DNA from: Octopus sinensis
Lineage: Eukaryota
Assembly (NCBI RefSeq): GCF_006345805.1
Contig: NC_043019.1
Span: 21,017,360-21,081,359 of the forward strand
DNA length: 64,000 nt
Direction: 5' to 3'
Shown here: one piece after another, positions 25,101 through 37,934 of the stretch
Layout: every line of letters starts with the position of its first letter
How positions within the stretch are numbered: the first letter of the stretch is position 1
Program-made: the position numbers and the translations under genes
The notes under the pieces: generated by a model
Told to the model about the DNA's origin: nothing
The model's input: the letters and a program-made list of their open reading frames with translations, nothing else
Database searches by the model: none

Positions 25101-28100
25101 TTAAGGTGGTGTTAGGAACATAAATTGTGACTAAGTTTTGGTGGAAGATTTTAATTCAAAACTTAGGAAAACAAGACATTTGTACTCAGAGCCAGAGCCG
25201 GTTTCAGCCAGGTTGGTAACGAAAGGGTTAAAATGAAATAAAACAGTGTCTTTCAACAGAAATATTGTAACATCATCATCATTTAACATCTGTTCTCCAT
25301 GCTGGCATGGGTTGGACTTTTCGACAGGAGCTGCCCAGGCCCCATTTGTCTGTTTTGGCATGGTTTCTACATTTGTGAATGCCCTTCACAATGCCAAAAG
25401 AGTTAAAGTGATCAAAATCAAAACCTGTCATCAAAATTTCACTTTAATTAATAATCTAAACGCTAGCAATGATGACAAATTTTTTTTTTAATAAATTCAT
25501 TATTATTTTGGAAATTATTTGAAACAAAGTTTGTGTTATTCCAACAGAGGTATCCTAAAGGGTTAATCCTCTGTGCTACACATATAATGTAGTACAGAGA
25601 ACATTGTATGTTACACTAAACAAATCTGAAATATATAGTAGAGGAGTCAGACCTAAAGATTAGGTTACAAAAATTTTTGTAAAATGTTATGTTTATATAA
25701 TTACTAAAGTGCTACCCGTCATATGAAACGGGTAATGTTGGAATATATTTTTGCTGCTATGGATAATATCAAGTATTGTTACTTAAACTCAGGAATGATA
25801 ATTCCACTTTATTCAATTCTCATGCTGTTTATGCAAAATAACGAAATGAATACTAATTTGTTTTTTTGAATAAAAATAGGGATCTTTTCAATTTTTAAAT
25901 TTTTTAAACTAAACACTTTGAAACTTCAGATACTGGTAGAATGTATCACATAGAACAGGGTTTACTCTTAATATTTTGACAAAATTTTGTACTTTAGAAG
26001 TTATTTTGTGTTAAAGTTGGCATATTTGGGTAATTTTAACCAATCAACGACGTGTATTCAGTTGAAGAAAATTACTGCTGCTGTTTGCGAACAACAACTC
26101 CCGGTTCCACTCCCCTAACAAAACCCTTCTTTAATAACCAGAAATGTTTTTATAGCAATAGATTTGTTTTATCGGGGTTGATTTGAGGCTAAAAAGCAAC
26201 AAAATTATTATTCAGACAGACCAACGATGGAGCCTGTATGTGGTTGCATGACCTGCTAGAAAAAGTAGCCAAACTTTTTTTTATATACAGAATAGAAAAA
26301 CTGTAAGCCATGTAGTCCATTATGTCTGGGTAAAAAGACGGAATGGTCACAGTTGGGACATCTTTGATCATATCTGTTCAATCAGATCCAACTTGGGACT
26401 AAACAACAAGTGACAAAGTGAACGAGACAAGGCATCGAGAGGGCCTTTACCTGGTCGCTTGAGTCGCTAGAAAGAGCAACCAAATCTTCCTGACTAAATG
26501 AAAAATGAAATTTGCATCTTCAAGAAAAAGAAATAATGCAAGATGAGGGCTATAGTAGAAGACACTTGCTCAAGGTTCCATGCCGTGGGACTGAACCAGG
26601 AAACATTTTGTTGGGAAGCAATCTTCTTACTACTACTACATGTCCAGCCCAAAATCTTTATCCTAATGTCTATAGATCCTCAACAATATGTTATTTCAAT
26701 AATTAGATAACCTGGTGGTGATTATCTCCCTCCGCTCCAGGTATGGTTGTCCATTTACTTGTCTGTAAATCCTGCTACCATTTAACAGATTTTATTTCAA
26801 ATGCCGCTGGATGTTCACACCTGTTTCTCACCTAGTAAGTTTGGAGTGGGGAAAGGTTTGGTTTGGTTTAGGTTACAAATATGGCCTTAGAAAGGAGGGT
26901 AATACAGGCAGTTTTTCTATTATAAAACTAAAAGAAGTCTTGTGAGGTGAGTTGGTTCCAAAAAGGTTAATAGATTCTGTTTGAAATAACGTCTCAAATT
27001 CCTGCAATTTTAGAGTGAAACAGCTTGGTTTAGTTGTTATTTACAGTTGTAGTGTAATAGTTCAAATAGTTGGCTGTGTGATGGACATTGCTTTACAACC
27101 TCATGATTTGGGGTTTAGTCCCACTGTGTGGCACATTGGGCAAATGTCTTCTATTATAGCCCTGTGAGTGAATTTTGTTGAAGGAAACTGTGTGGAAGCC
27201 TGTTGTGTGTGTGTGTGTGTGTACATATAGACATGTGCATATGTGTTTGTCACCCCCATGACTTGATAACCAGTGTTTATGTTCCTGTGACTTAGCAGTC
27301 CAGCAAAAGTGACAGAATAAGTACCAGACTTTAAAAAAATAAGTATTGTGGTCGATTTGTATGACTAAGCTCTGCAGAGCAGTGCCCCTACATGGCTCCA
27401 ATCTAATCTTATTTATACAAGTAAAAGAGTAAACGGTTAGACATAAGGCTAAATAATTACAATATATTTAACAGCTTGGCTTAGAGGGAAAACCAAGGTG
27501 CTAGAGCAACAGTCTAAATATTTTATTAAAGTATTTAGTTCCATCCCGTCCATCCCTTGAATTCTGCTTATATCTCACCCAGAATTTAGAATATACATTC
27601 CTGAACAAGGATATAAACAAACTCACATTGGTTGTGAAGCACTGATGAAGAAAAAACACACATACGCACTCACACAATAGACTTCTTTCAGTTTCCATTT
27701 ACCAAATCCACTCATGAAGCTTTGGTGGAGTAGGGCTATAGTAGACACTTGCCCAAGGTGCTATGCAGTGGGGCTGAACTGGGAACCATGAAATTGTCAT
27801 TCTGCAATTTATGCTGTGTTGGCCCTTGACTCTTGAATAATGATCTCTAAGTTTGGTGCAAGGACACAGAAATTTATAGAAGAATAAGGAGAGGGGGGCA
27901 TATATTGAATTGATTCTAATGTATGACTGGTATTGATTTTGTAATTCTGGCTAAATTTCAACTCCAGTTGTAAACCATAATATCGTGATGTTTTGTCTAT
28001 GAAGTTGATTCTGATTAATAGGCAGAGAATTGGCAGAATTGTTAGTGCTTTGGAGAGAACATTTTGTAATATTTGGTTCTGGTTCTCTGCACACGGAGTT

Positions 28101-28461
28101 CGAACCCCACCAAGAACAACTTTGCTTTTCACCTTTCCAGTATTGATAAAGTACCAGTCCAGTGTTGGAGTTGATTCTGTCTGCCTGTTTCTTTCTTTCT
28201 TTCTCTCTCTCTTCCTCTGGAAGAAATCAGCTGTATTCAGGCATGGGGTCTAAAGAACAGCAACAACACAGTCACCTCTACATGGTTGGAATTGTCACAG
28301 TCCAGGGTGTGCATATTTGGAGCTATTGTCCTCCTCGGCAGGTCAAAGGATTGTGTCTTGCTCATATCTTTCATTTTTGGTTTGGTTTCTACAGTTGGAT
28401 GCCCTTACTATCACTAACCACTATACAGTGTATCATAGCATCAGCATCAGTGAGGTTGCCT

Positions 28462-28677
28462 TACTCTTACTCTTTACTCTTTTACTTGTTTCAGTCATTT
28501 GACTGCGGCCATGCTGGAGCACCGCCTTTAGTCGAGCAAATTGACCCCAGGACTTATTCTTTGTAAGCCCAGTACTTATTCTATCGGTCTCTTTTGCCGA
28601 ACCCCTAAGTGACGGGGACGTAAACACACCAGCATCGGTTGTCAAGCAATGCTAGGGGGACAAACACAGACACACAA

Positions 28678-28735
<58 letters not shown>

Positions 28736-28898
28736 GACAGGCTTCTTTCAGTTTCCGTCTACCAAATCCACTCACAAGGCATTGGTCGGCCCGAGGCTAT
28801 AGCAGAAGACACTTGCCCAAGATGCCATGCAGTGGGACTGAACCCAGAACCATGTGGTTGGTTAGCAAGCTACTTACCACACAGCCACTCCTGCGCCT
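28462..28898 (-). mobile_element. SINE family A, full length
   Basis: Reverse-complement match to family A, with an expanded internal (TA)n. Confidence 0.85.
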
Positions 28899-29004
28899 TG
28901 TGTAATCTGTAAGATAAAAAGCCCTCACAACTCTATGATGTATTTGTTCACACATCCTATCGGCGACGCGTAAGTTTTACTACACTCTCGGAATGGTACT
29001 ACAT

Positions 29005-29160
29005 GATCGGAGTGGTTGGCATTAGGAAGGGCATCCAGCTGTAGAAACACTGCCAGATCAGACTGGAGCCTGGTGCAGCCTCCTGGCTTCCCAGACCCCG
29101 GTCAGACCGTCCAACCCATGCTAGCATGGAAAATAGACGTTAAACGATGATGATGGTGAT
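29005..29160 (+). mobile_element. Short RTE tail copy
   Basis: gagtggttggcattaggaagggcatccagctgtagaaac...gacgttaaacgatgatgatg. Confidence 0.8.
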
Positions 29161-29496
29161 ACATAGATGATACATACTTCTGGTCACACTGGCTTACTTT
29201 CTGCTCACTCTGGTTCATTTCCTGTTCACTCACTCACTAATCTAGTTACTGTTTCTCTACTCACTGAAGTAAACAAACATTAAATATTTTCTTTCTAAAT
29301 ATTGTGTATATAAACCTTACAAAAACTTTCAATAGCTTTGATACCTGAATGTAATCTGACTGTTGATGGATGTATGTTTAAATAATGTCAGCTACATTTT
29401 GCTAGAGTCATAAATGCTATATATCAAATAGCTGAAGCACTATATTTTATATTATGGTTTGTTCTGTCTTTTTTTTTTTTTTGCTATCCAAGTGTT

Positions 29497-29875
29497 AGGC
29501 ATGGCTGTGTGGTAAGAAGCTTGCTCCTTACCCACATGGTTCTAGGTTCAGTCCCACTGCATGGCACCTTCGGCAAGTGTTTTCTACTACAGCCTCGGGT
29601 CAACCATAGCTATGTGAGTGGATTTGGTAGGCAGAAACTGAAAGAAGTCTGTTGTGTGTCTGTGTCTGTGTCTGGTCTCCCACACTGCTCAACAATTGGT
29701 GTTGGTTTGTATATGTTCCTGGGACTTAGCAGTTTCACCAAAAAGAGATCAATAGAATAAGTACCAAGCTTTAAAAAAAATTAAAAGGTACTGGGGTCGA
29801 TTCATTCAACTAAAAGTTCTTCAAGGTGATGCCCTTACACAGCTGCAGTCTAATGACTGAAACAAGTAAAAGATA
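29497..29875 (+). mobile_element. SINE family A, diverged
   Basis: aggcatggctgtgtggtaag head and aatgactgaaacaagtaaaaga tail. Confidence 0.75.
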
Positions 29876-30479
29876 AAATATATTAGCAAATGATAAAACA
29901 CATCCATTATAGTCTACAAAGTGATTGTTTTTGTAAAGAGCACCCAGCCATGGAAACCAGTCCAGTACAAGCGAGATGTGATCTCATGACCCATTTAGTG
30001 ACTTCAAATAAGAACCTATCCAAACCATGACAACCTGTCCAATTCCAATGCTAGCATGATTACAACAACCATGAAATGTCCACGCATTATTCATGGGATT
30101 GCCATCTGACAGCACCTTAGTCATTTCTCATGAAATGGTTTGTAATTCAGAAGTTTTTAGGATAATGATAAAATAGAAAGAAGATAAGGCAGGCTGAACC
30201 AGCTAACACCAACCAACCTTGCTACTTAGTATTCATTATATTACAGCAACTACAAGTGAGATAAAATGATAAATATAACACTGCCATCATTTGATAGTGG
30301 GCCACTCTTGGGAACTAGTATCGTCCTGCTGTTGATAAATTTATCTTTTCAGTTGTTCTTTGTTGGTCATTTTATAAACTTTTTCACAAAAGTATTTTAT
30401 ATTGTTGCTGTTGTTTAACCCCAGGCCATATCTGATGGATTAAATCCCACCACCAAAGGCTATCCAACCATGACCATTA

Positions 30480-30660
30480 ATTATCATCCCATTTTTTCAA
30501 GACACAGTGTGCCCCAGTCCACATAATTCTGCTTTCCTCATCTGCCTTTAGTGATATCCATTCTGTTCCAAGCTTGCAGGTTAGGTCTCTGGTTTGAGGA
30601 TAACTTTCCCTTTCTCTTCCTTCTGGAAACAGCCATGGATGTTGCCCTTCACATCTAAGA
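30480..30660 (-). mobile_element. Degenerate RTE-like 3' ORF remnant
   Basis: Minus translation ..PEGRERESYPQT..DL..LG.. resembles the decayed GRGRPRKTW..DL..LG region. Confidence 0.4.
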
Positions 30661-31246
30661 CATTGAAAAAACAAAAATGTTTTCTAAAATGGTAGCATCA
30701 TTTAAAAGATTTGGCTGTTATTTCTAGCATAACTGGCCTTGGAGAGGCACCTTTGATTGATTGTATTTTCTTGTTTATCGATGAAGTGTTGGAGGCTGGT
30801 TTCAAGATTTCTGAACCTCCCGAAGAAGATGACAAAGGACTGAGGTATCTGGTACTTTGTTGTACTCAAGAAGACTTGTCCACCAGAGCAGAATTGATAC
30901 CAGTGCTGGTGCCATGTTAAAAGCACTGGTGCTGGTGCTACATACAAAGCACCCAGTCCACTCTGTGGAGTGGTTGGCATTAAGAAAAGCACTCAGCTGT
31001 AGAAACCATGCTAGAACAAACAATGGAGCGTAGTGTATCCCCCCCCCCCGGCCATACTAGCTCTTATCAAACCATCCAACCCATGCCATCATGGAAGATG
31101 GAGGTTAAATAATGATGATGATGATGTTTTAGTTATTCTTTCATCCATGACTGTGTGTCCAACAAAATATACATTCTGTTTCACCTGAATCAAATGGGTT
31201 TTTGATTACATTTGCACTTTTCTGTCAACCTATATATGTGTGTGTG

Positions 31247-31280
<34 letters not shown>

Positions 31281-31717
31281 TGTATGTATGTATGTATGTA
31301 TGTATGTATGTATGTATGTATCTGTGTTTGTATGTACAAATATGTATAAATTGGGTTAACTCTATATTGAAGGATTACTCAATACTTTTCAGTGGAGTAT
31401 TATATTTATTTTTACAAAGAGAAGGTTGACAGTGACTTTGAAGTTTCAGTTCATTTGCCATCATCAAACTAATGTGGCTTGGATGGAAATTAATTCTGAG
31501 GCAAGATTTTATGGTTGGTTGCTCTTGCTGTCACTGACCCTCCCTCACCTGTTTTTTCAAGTAAAGGGATTTGTATCTTCCACGGGTACTTTGAAAGTGC
31601 AGAGCTCCCAATCCTAATCTCAACAAGGATTGTCAATACTTTGCTCTGCTTTGCTCAAATGGCGACTCACAAAATATCAACATTCACACACATTCGCTTG
31701 AATGCATGTAGGCTTAA

Positions 31718-31936
31718 CCCTTTAGTATTTAAACCGGCCATTTCCGGCCAAAATATTTAATCTGTTTTATGTTCAAACTGACCAGATCCAGGCTCTCACA
31801 CCTACCCTACAATGTTATTCTACATTAAGTAATTACACCATCAAGATCTTGAAGATATGAGAAAATGCATGATTAATTCAAATCAATGTGAATCAATAAG
31901 AATTATGTTTGATAGAATAATCTGAACACTAAAGGG
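31718..31936. mobile_element. piggyBac-like MITE family 1
   Basis: TTAA-ccctttagt ... actaaaggg-TTAA; internal sequence matches 9229-9450. Confidence 0.8.
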
Positions 31937-32155
31937 TTAATAGTTTCCATCTACCTGATTCAAGCACAAAGCTTTGGTCAGCCTGGGGCTATAATAGATG
32001 ACATTTGGTCAAGGTGCTGTGCAGTGGCACTGAGCCTGAAAACACATGATCGTGCAGTGGCTTCAAATTACACAGCCATACATGCATCATATATATGTAT
32101 TCGTTAAATGATCAAATGACATAGATCAATGGTAATGTGCTAACATGATCCTGGC

Positions 32156-32445
32156 AAGTCAAGCATGAAATCTAACTTCAATTCCCAGCTGAACTATTTT
32201 GTTTCATTTACTCCCATGATTTAAGCAATGGCATCTCTTGGCCTAGAACAGTGTGTGCCTCCAGTAAGTCAGCTTGTCGGTGACACATCACATGAAGCTA
32301 AGTCAAGTGTGTAATCTAAATTCAATTCCCAGCTGAACTATTTTGTTTCATTTACTCCCGTGATTTTTAGTTTAAGCAATGGCCTCTTGTAGCCTAGAAC
32401 AGTGTGTGCTTCCAGTAAGTCAGCTTGTTGGTGACATACCGCATA
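32156..32445. repeat. ~144-bp tandem duplication
   Basis: aagtcaag...ttcaattcccagctgaactattttgtttcatttactccc...ccagtaagtcagcttgt..ggtgaca starts at 32156 and again at 32300. Confidence 0.9.
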
Positions 32446-32599
32446 AACCTGTAAGCGGCTCTGGTTACCCATTTGTTATATTCTGTAACCACATGATCAG
32501 TTACAGGGTAAATCATATTGGTTTAAATTCTATCCTGTGATATGGGTTGTGGTCACTTACATTCTATCAGGTTCAACACAAATTATTGAAATTTTACAG

Positions 32600-33780
32600 T
32601 GTCTGAAAAGATTTGTGATTTGTTTGTCTTCCTACTTACTAAGACTTTGGCTTTTGCTAGGTTAACTCTAAGACCCTTCAATTCTAGACCTTGCTTCCAC
32701 ACCTGAAACTTCTTCTCTAGTTCTCAGCTATTAGAGCAAGGTCATCAGCATAGAGAAGCTCCCAGGGGCAGCCTGTCTTGAATTCCTCTGTTAGTGCCTG
32801 GAGGACTATGACGAAGAAGAGGGTGCTGAGCACTGATCCTTGGTGAACCCATACTTGTACTTGGAATTCTTCACTATAGTCATTGCCAACTCTCACCTTA
32901 CAGGTAGCATCCCTGTATATGGCTTGTACAGGTCTCCCCAACCACTCATCTATCCCCAGTTTCCACATTGATCACCAGATAAGGGATCAGGGGACTCTGT
33001 CAAAGGCTTTCTCCATGCCAGCAAAAGCCAAGTACAAAAGTTTTGCAATTCGAAACACTTTAAGTCTTCGGTCCTCACAATGCAGAACATTGGCAAATTT
33101 CTTATCTGCTTCCCCTCTGGCTAAGTAAACCTGTCTCCTAGCTTTCCTTCTGGTGATCTGAACCCTACTACCACCACACTTCTATTCCTTCCATGCCTGT
33201 TTCTTTTCCCTAATAGCCCTGTGAACTACTTTGTTCCACCACCATGTCACCTTAGGTCGAGAGGGGACTTTGCACCAGTCACAGATCTGGTCAGTAGCCC
33301 TCAACAGGTTGTCCCATAGGAACCTCCACTTGTCCTCCACATTATGTGATGCTATATCCTCCTCATTTTTGTAAAAAGCTTCAAGTAATACATCTCTAAA
33401 TCTCTGTCCATTCAAATGATCCTTAAGCTTCCAGACCCTTCTTTTCCACACTGGTTGTCTTCTGGGTAGCCATTTAGCCCTGATCCTGAAGTTACTACCT
33501 ATTGACCTATGTTGTGGGGTGCATTCTTCACTTGGGAAAGTTTTGGCACTTATAAGTAGCTGTCTTTCATTTCCTGGTGAGAATGCAGTCATTCTGGCTA
33601 GTGTGTCCACCAGACTGGTAGGTGAATAGGTAACTGGCAGGTTTCCTGAAGTTAGTAATACAGGTCAAAAGATCATTTGCAACACAACTCCAGCAGTCTA
33701 GTTCCCTCCACATCGTGGAAACCAAATCCATTGCCACCATGTACACCATGGAAGCTCCCTGGATGTTGTCTATCATTGTA
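32600..33780 (-). mobile_element. Decayed RTE-clade LINE: APE endonuclease C-terminus, linker and part of the reverse transcriptase, internally deleted
   Basis: Minus-strand translations give HGVHGGNGFGF..EGTRLLE and TYQSGGHTSQNDCILTRK (endonuclease), WWWNKVVHRAIREKK (linker), and EKAFDRVP, HQGSVLS, PWELLYADDL (RT). Multiple stops and frameshifts. Confidence 0.9.
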
Positions 33781-34021
33781 TGATTGTTGTCATTATTCAG
33801 TGGATAATTATTTTGTTGAGGTTTCAGGTTTTCTACAGTTGGATGCCCTTCCTGTCACCAACCCCTATCTGTTTGCAAGTTAAGTAATGTTTCCACATAG
33901 CAAGATATGTTTTCCATGAAAGACCAGAAACAAATAGCACCACTTGTTTGATTATGATGCTTATTTATGACCATCATGTGATGCTGAGACAAGGACACCT
34001 ACACACTGACACACACACACT

Positions 34022-34111
<90 letters not shown>

Positions 34112-35482
34112 ATCATCATCATTCTTTAACTTCCAATTTCCATGGTGGCATGTGTTGGATGGTTTGATGGCTTGGCCAGAGCTGGCAAGCCACAGAGCAG
34201 CACCAGGGCCCAATCTGACTTGGCTTGGTTTCTACAGCTGGATGCCCTTCCTAATGCCAACCACTTTACATAGTGTTCTGGATTCCTGTTATGTGGCACC
34301 TGTACAGGGCCAATCCTCTTCAGCAGCATTAACACTTCTATTGTGGAAGATATTATATATATATATATATATATATAAACCAGCTTAGAGAAGAAGAAGA
34401 AACCAAACGAATCGAATCAAATCCACGCGAAGGCGCTCAGTCATACAATAGTGTAACAAATAAAATATATGCATACATACAAACATATATGTACGTACCT
34501 ACATGTATATATACATGCATATATAAATATATATACGTGTGTACAGGACACCACAATATATATATATATATATATATAATATATATATATATATGCACAC
34601 ACATGCAATGAGCTTCTCAATCAGTTTCCACCTACCAAATCCATTCTCAAGGCTTTGGTGCTATAGTGGAAGATACTTACCTTAGGTAATATGCAGCAGG
34701 ACTGAGCCTGACACCATGTGGCGTATCATATTGGTATTAGGAACAAACTAAATAAAAGGTTGTTTAGCTAAGATTATGGTGGAAAGCTTTTCTATTTAAG
34801 TAATGCCACTTGAAATAAGCAGGTTTTGTGTGGAAGAACCAAAGACAACCCCAGACCAACTCCCTTTGAAAAGAGTTACAGACAGTCAAAAGAAACATAA
34901 ATTTTCTATGTAAATCAATCTTCTGTTTCATCTGAGATAAGAGCTGATATCTTTAGCACTTCACAACATGATATCAGTAGAGACTAGCAAGGTCCCCTCC
35001 TCCTTCATCTCTTTAGGTCTTAAGTGGTTTCTGAATGAGTTCTAATGTTTTTTTCTTTTTCTTTTCTTTCACAAAGCTAGATGAAGTGAAACCTATTTTA
35101 TTTCTTTGTTCTAACTAATACCCACCATTTGTCACTAAGTCACCAATCCCAGCTTATCATTTCTTAGGTATTGTTGAGGGTATTTCAGTGTTTCAATGAT
35201 ATATATATATTAGATATATATATATCTAATATGCATTAGACCCCCCCCCCCACACACATACTTCTTGAATGAATGCAAAATATATAAAACTTCAATTATG
35301 TACATTATTTACATTTGACGGATATTTGTCCTCATCTTGTTTGTTGTCAACACAACGTTTAGGCTGATATACCCACCAACCTTCATCTGGTGTTTTGGGG
35401 AAATTTCGAACCTGGGTTCTCATTCCTAATGTATTTTTCGATATTATTATTATTATATTATTATTATTATTATTATTATTCA

Positions 35483-35556
35483 GGCCTATGGTGTAGTGGT
35501 TAAGAGCATGGGCTACTAACCCCAAGATTCCGAGTTCAATTCGAGGCAGTGATCTG
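35483..35556 (+). other. tRNA-like Pol III head (Ser-like anticodon arm), not a complete tRNA gene
   Basis: A-box tggtgtagtgg 35489-35499, arm ggg-ctactaa-ccc, B-box gagttcaattc 35532-35542. No proper acceptor stem or long variable arm. Confidence 0.6.
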
Positions 35557-35648
35557 AATAATAATAATAATAATTATAATAATAATAATAATCATAATAA
35601 CATCGAAAATACCTTAGGAATGAGAACCCAGGTTCGAAATTTCCCCAA

Positions 35649-35694
35649 GACACCTGATGAAAGCTGGAGGGTATATCAGCCAAAGCATTGTGTT
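35649..35694 (+). ncRNA. Degenerate minimal hammerhead-ribozyme motif (family 2, right arm)
   Basis: GACAC-CTGATGA-A-AGCTG gagggtatat CAGC C-AAAGCATT-GTGTT. The inverted copy at 35349-35394 reads AACAC-CAGATGA-AGGTTG..CAGCC-TAAACGTT-GTGTT. Confidence 0.5.
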
Positions 35695-36535
35695 AACAAC
35701 AAACAAAATGAGGGCAAATATCCGTCAAATGTAAATAATGTACATAATTACTTGTGTGTGTATAGGGCCTATATACACGTACACACACCTAAATTTGCCT
35801 ATACTATAGGCAAACTCTAGGTTAGTTGAAATATGTTTGGGACATATTTCAACTTTCAAAGGCAAATTTCACTGTACTTTCCGTGGAGTAAAATCACCAT
35901 ATCTGTGCAGTGCTTTCCCGCTGTTAGATTCTCGGATGCTGCATTTCTAGCTCTTTAGCCATTATCAATGGGAAATACTGAGATATATATATATCATCAG
36001 TTACCATCTGTTTTACCATGCTGGCATGGGTTGAATGATTCAGCAGGAACTGACAGGCCAGAGAACTGCGCCAAACTTCAATGTCTGCTTTGGCATGGTT
36101 TATATGGCTGGTTGTCCTTCACAAAACTAACCACTTTACAGAATGTACTGAGTGATTCTTATCATGGTACTGGCGCTAGTGAGGTCACCAAGTAATTTGC
36201 AAGATAAGACTGAGTGGAGGGGTAGTATTGAGGGAAGTGGCTTTATGCCAGATACATGTGTGTGTGAGTGTGTGTGTGCGTGCATGTGAATTACACACAC
36301 ACACACACACACACAACCAATAGTATGAATTGTGGAATTAACTTTAATGGTAATTTTCCTGACCTATATTTTGTTGACTGTGAAATTCCTACTGCCAATA
36401 ATCCAGCCTTAACACCTACTTCCAAGAGGAAGATTAATACTAATTCCTTTAACCATGGGTACCACATACAAGTGAATAAATGCCTTTGTAATTTCAAAAA
36501 CAAATTTATCTGTCCTTTAAAAAATCAGTGTTTAA

Positions 36536-36754
36536 CTCTTTAGCATTTAAACTGGCCATATCCGGCCAAAATATTCTACCTGTTTTATGTTCAAACTGGC
36601 CAGATCTGGCCTCTTACCCCTACCCTATGACTTCATTCTAAAAATTAAGTTACGTCTTCAAACACTTCAAAGCTACAAGATGATGCATGATTAATTCAAA
36701 ACAATGTGAATAAATAAGCATTACTTTTGACAGAATAATGTGAGAGCTAAAGAG
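36536..36754. mobile_element. piggyBac-like MITE family 1
   Basis: TTAA-ctctttagcatt ... gctaaagag-TTAA. Confidence 0.75.
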
Positions 36755-36763
36755 TTAAGGAAG

Positions 36764-37104
36764 AATATAGTGTATCAATGTAAGGTCATAACGTGATTGT
36801 TTGTATTATTACCTTCGTTCTCTGCTACAGTTTGGAAATCTAGATTATATAACCATTCTTCTTCATTTAAGTTTGGAAGAAAATTTAATTCTACAAATCT
36901 TAGTAAATGCATTTGGGTTTCAAAAGACTGGAACATTAACTATGATGTAAAGTGGTCCATTATTAGTTAAGTGCCATCATATAATGCTGGTAATTTTAAA
37001 TGTGATCTTTGCTTTGAGGAAATGTTTTATATAATTACTTCTAAATTAGTATTATTAAATTGTAGAAATAATTTATATTGAAATGTTCTCATAAATATAA
37101 AAAA
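36764..37104 (+). pseudogene. Penelope-like element GIY-YIG endonuclease remnant
   Basis: One frame from 36764 reads NIVYQCKVIT*LFVLLPSFSATVWKSRLYNHSSSFKFGRKFNSTNLSKCIWVSKDWNINYDVKWSIIS*VPSYNAGNFKCDLCFEEMFYIITSKLVLLNCRNNLY*, then after a frameshift KCSHKYKK. This fits the PLE pattern VY.C...R..NH..SF...ST.LS..IW...W.I...C.LC.EE...LN.R...C.H. Confidence 0.75.
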
Positions 37105-37934
37105 AGCACCTAAATATTTCAATAGTAAATAACTCATTTATTGTAATTGTTTTTGCTATAATCTAATATGCGTAATTTTTCTTAAAATGTTTTAGTACAT
37201 TTACTAGATAGATAACTAATTGTCATGATGCAGAATTTCTATGTTCATTTTTTTAATTCTTTCCTTATCTGCTGACGTCATCAAAAGTTAAATACTATCT
37301 TTTCTTAGAATGTCATACTTCTTCTTAATTTTTTTTTTATATGTTCATCGACTAGAGATATTTTCTTAGTTCACTTTAAATTTAGCCCATTTTGGATTGC
37401 CTTGATAATGTGTTGACATATATTTTCGGACATTTTAATTTGACTGACACTGGCACAATAGAAACAATCATTAATAATGTATGATGTAATCATCAATTAA
37501 AGATGTGATCTTCTCTATTCTTGTTCTTATCTAATAATCTGAATTTCCTGAAATTCTTCGAAGTGATATTTAGATTTACTTGTCATGAAGAATTACCTTG
37601 GAATTTATTAGTATCTGATTGTTTGATTTAAATTTGTTTAACACTGAGTGCTTTCTAGATATCTGTCTGGATTTATTAATCCCATTTATTTATATTCTTG
37701 TACTTGTTTCAGTCATTTGATTGCAACCATGCTAGAGCACTGCCTTTAGTTGAACAAATCAATCCCAGGACTTATTCTTTGTAAGCCTTGTATTTATTCT
37801 ATCAGTCTCTTGCCAAACCACTAAGTTACAGGGACGTAAACACACCAGCATTGGTTGTCAAGCGATAGTGGGGGGACAGATACAGACACACAAATTAATA
37901 CATACCTACACACATGCGCACACACACACACATG

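Noticed and set aside
35483-35556. Functional tRNA-Ser gene
   Set aside because: No acceptor stem or long variable arm, and an unusual ACT anticodon. Better explained as a tRNA-derived head.
36831-36950. LRR-like peptide (LLHLSLEENLILQILVNAF) after an apparent acceptor, tempting as part of an LDLa-LRR GPCR
   Set aside because: An overlapping frame gives a much longer match to the Penelope GIY-YIG domain. Only one LRR-like unit, no suitable donor, early stop.
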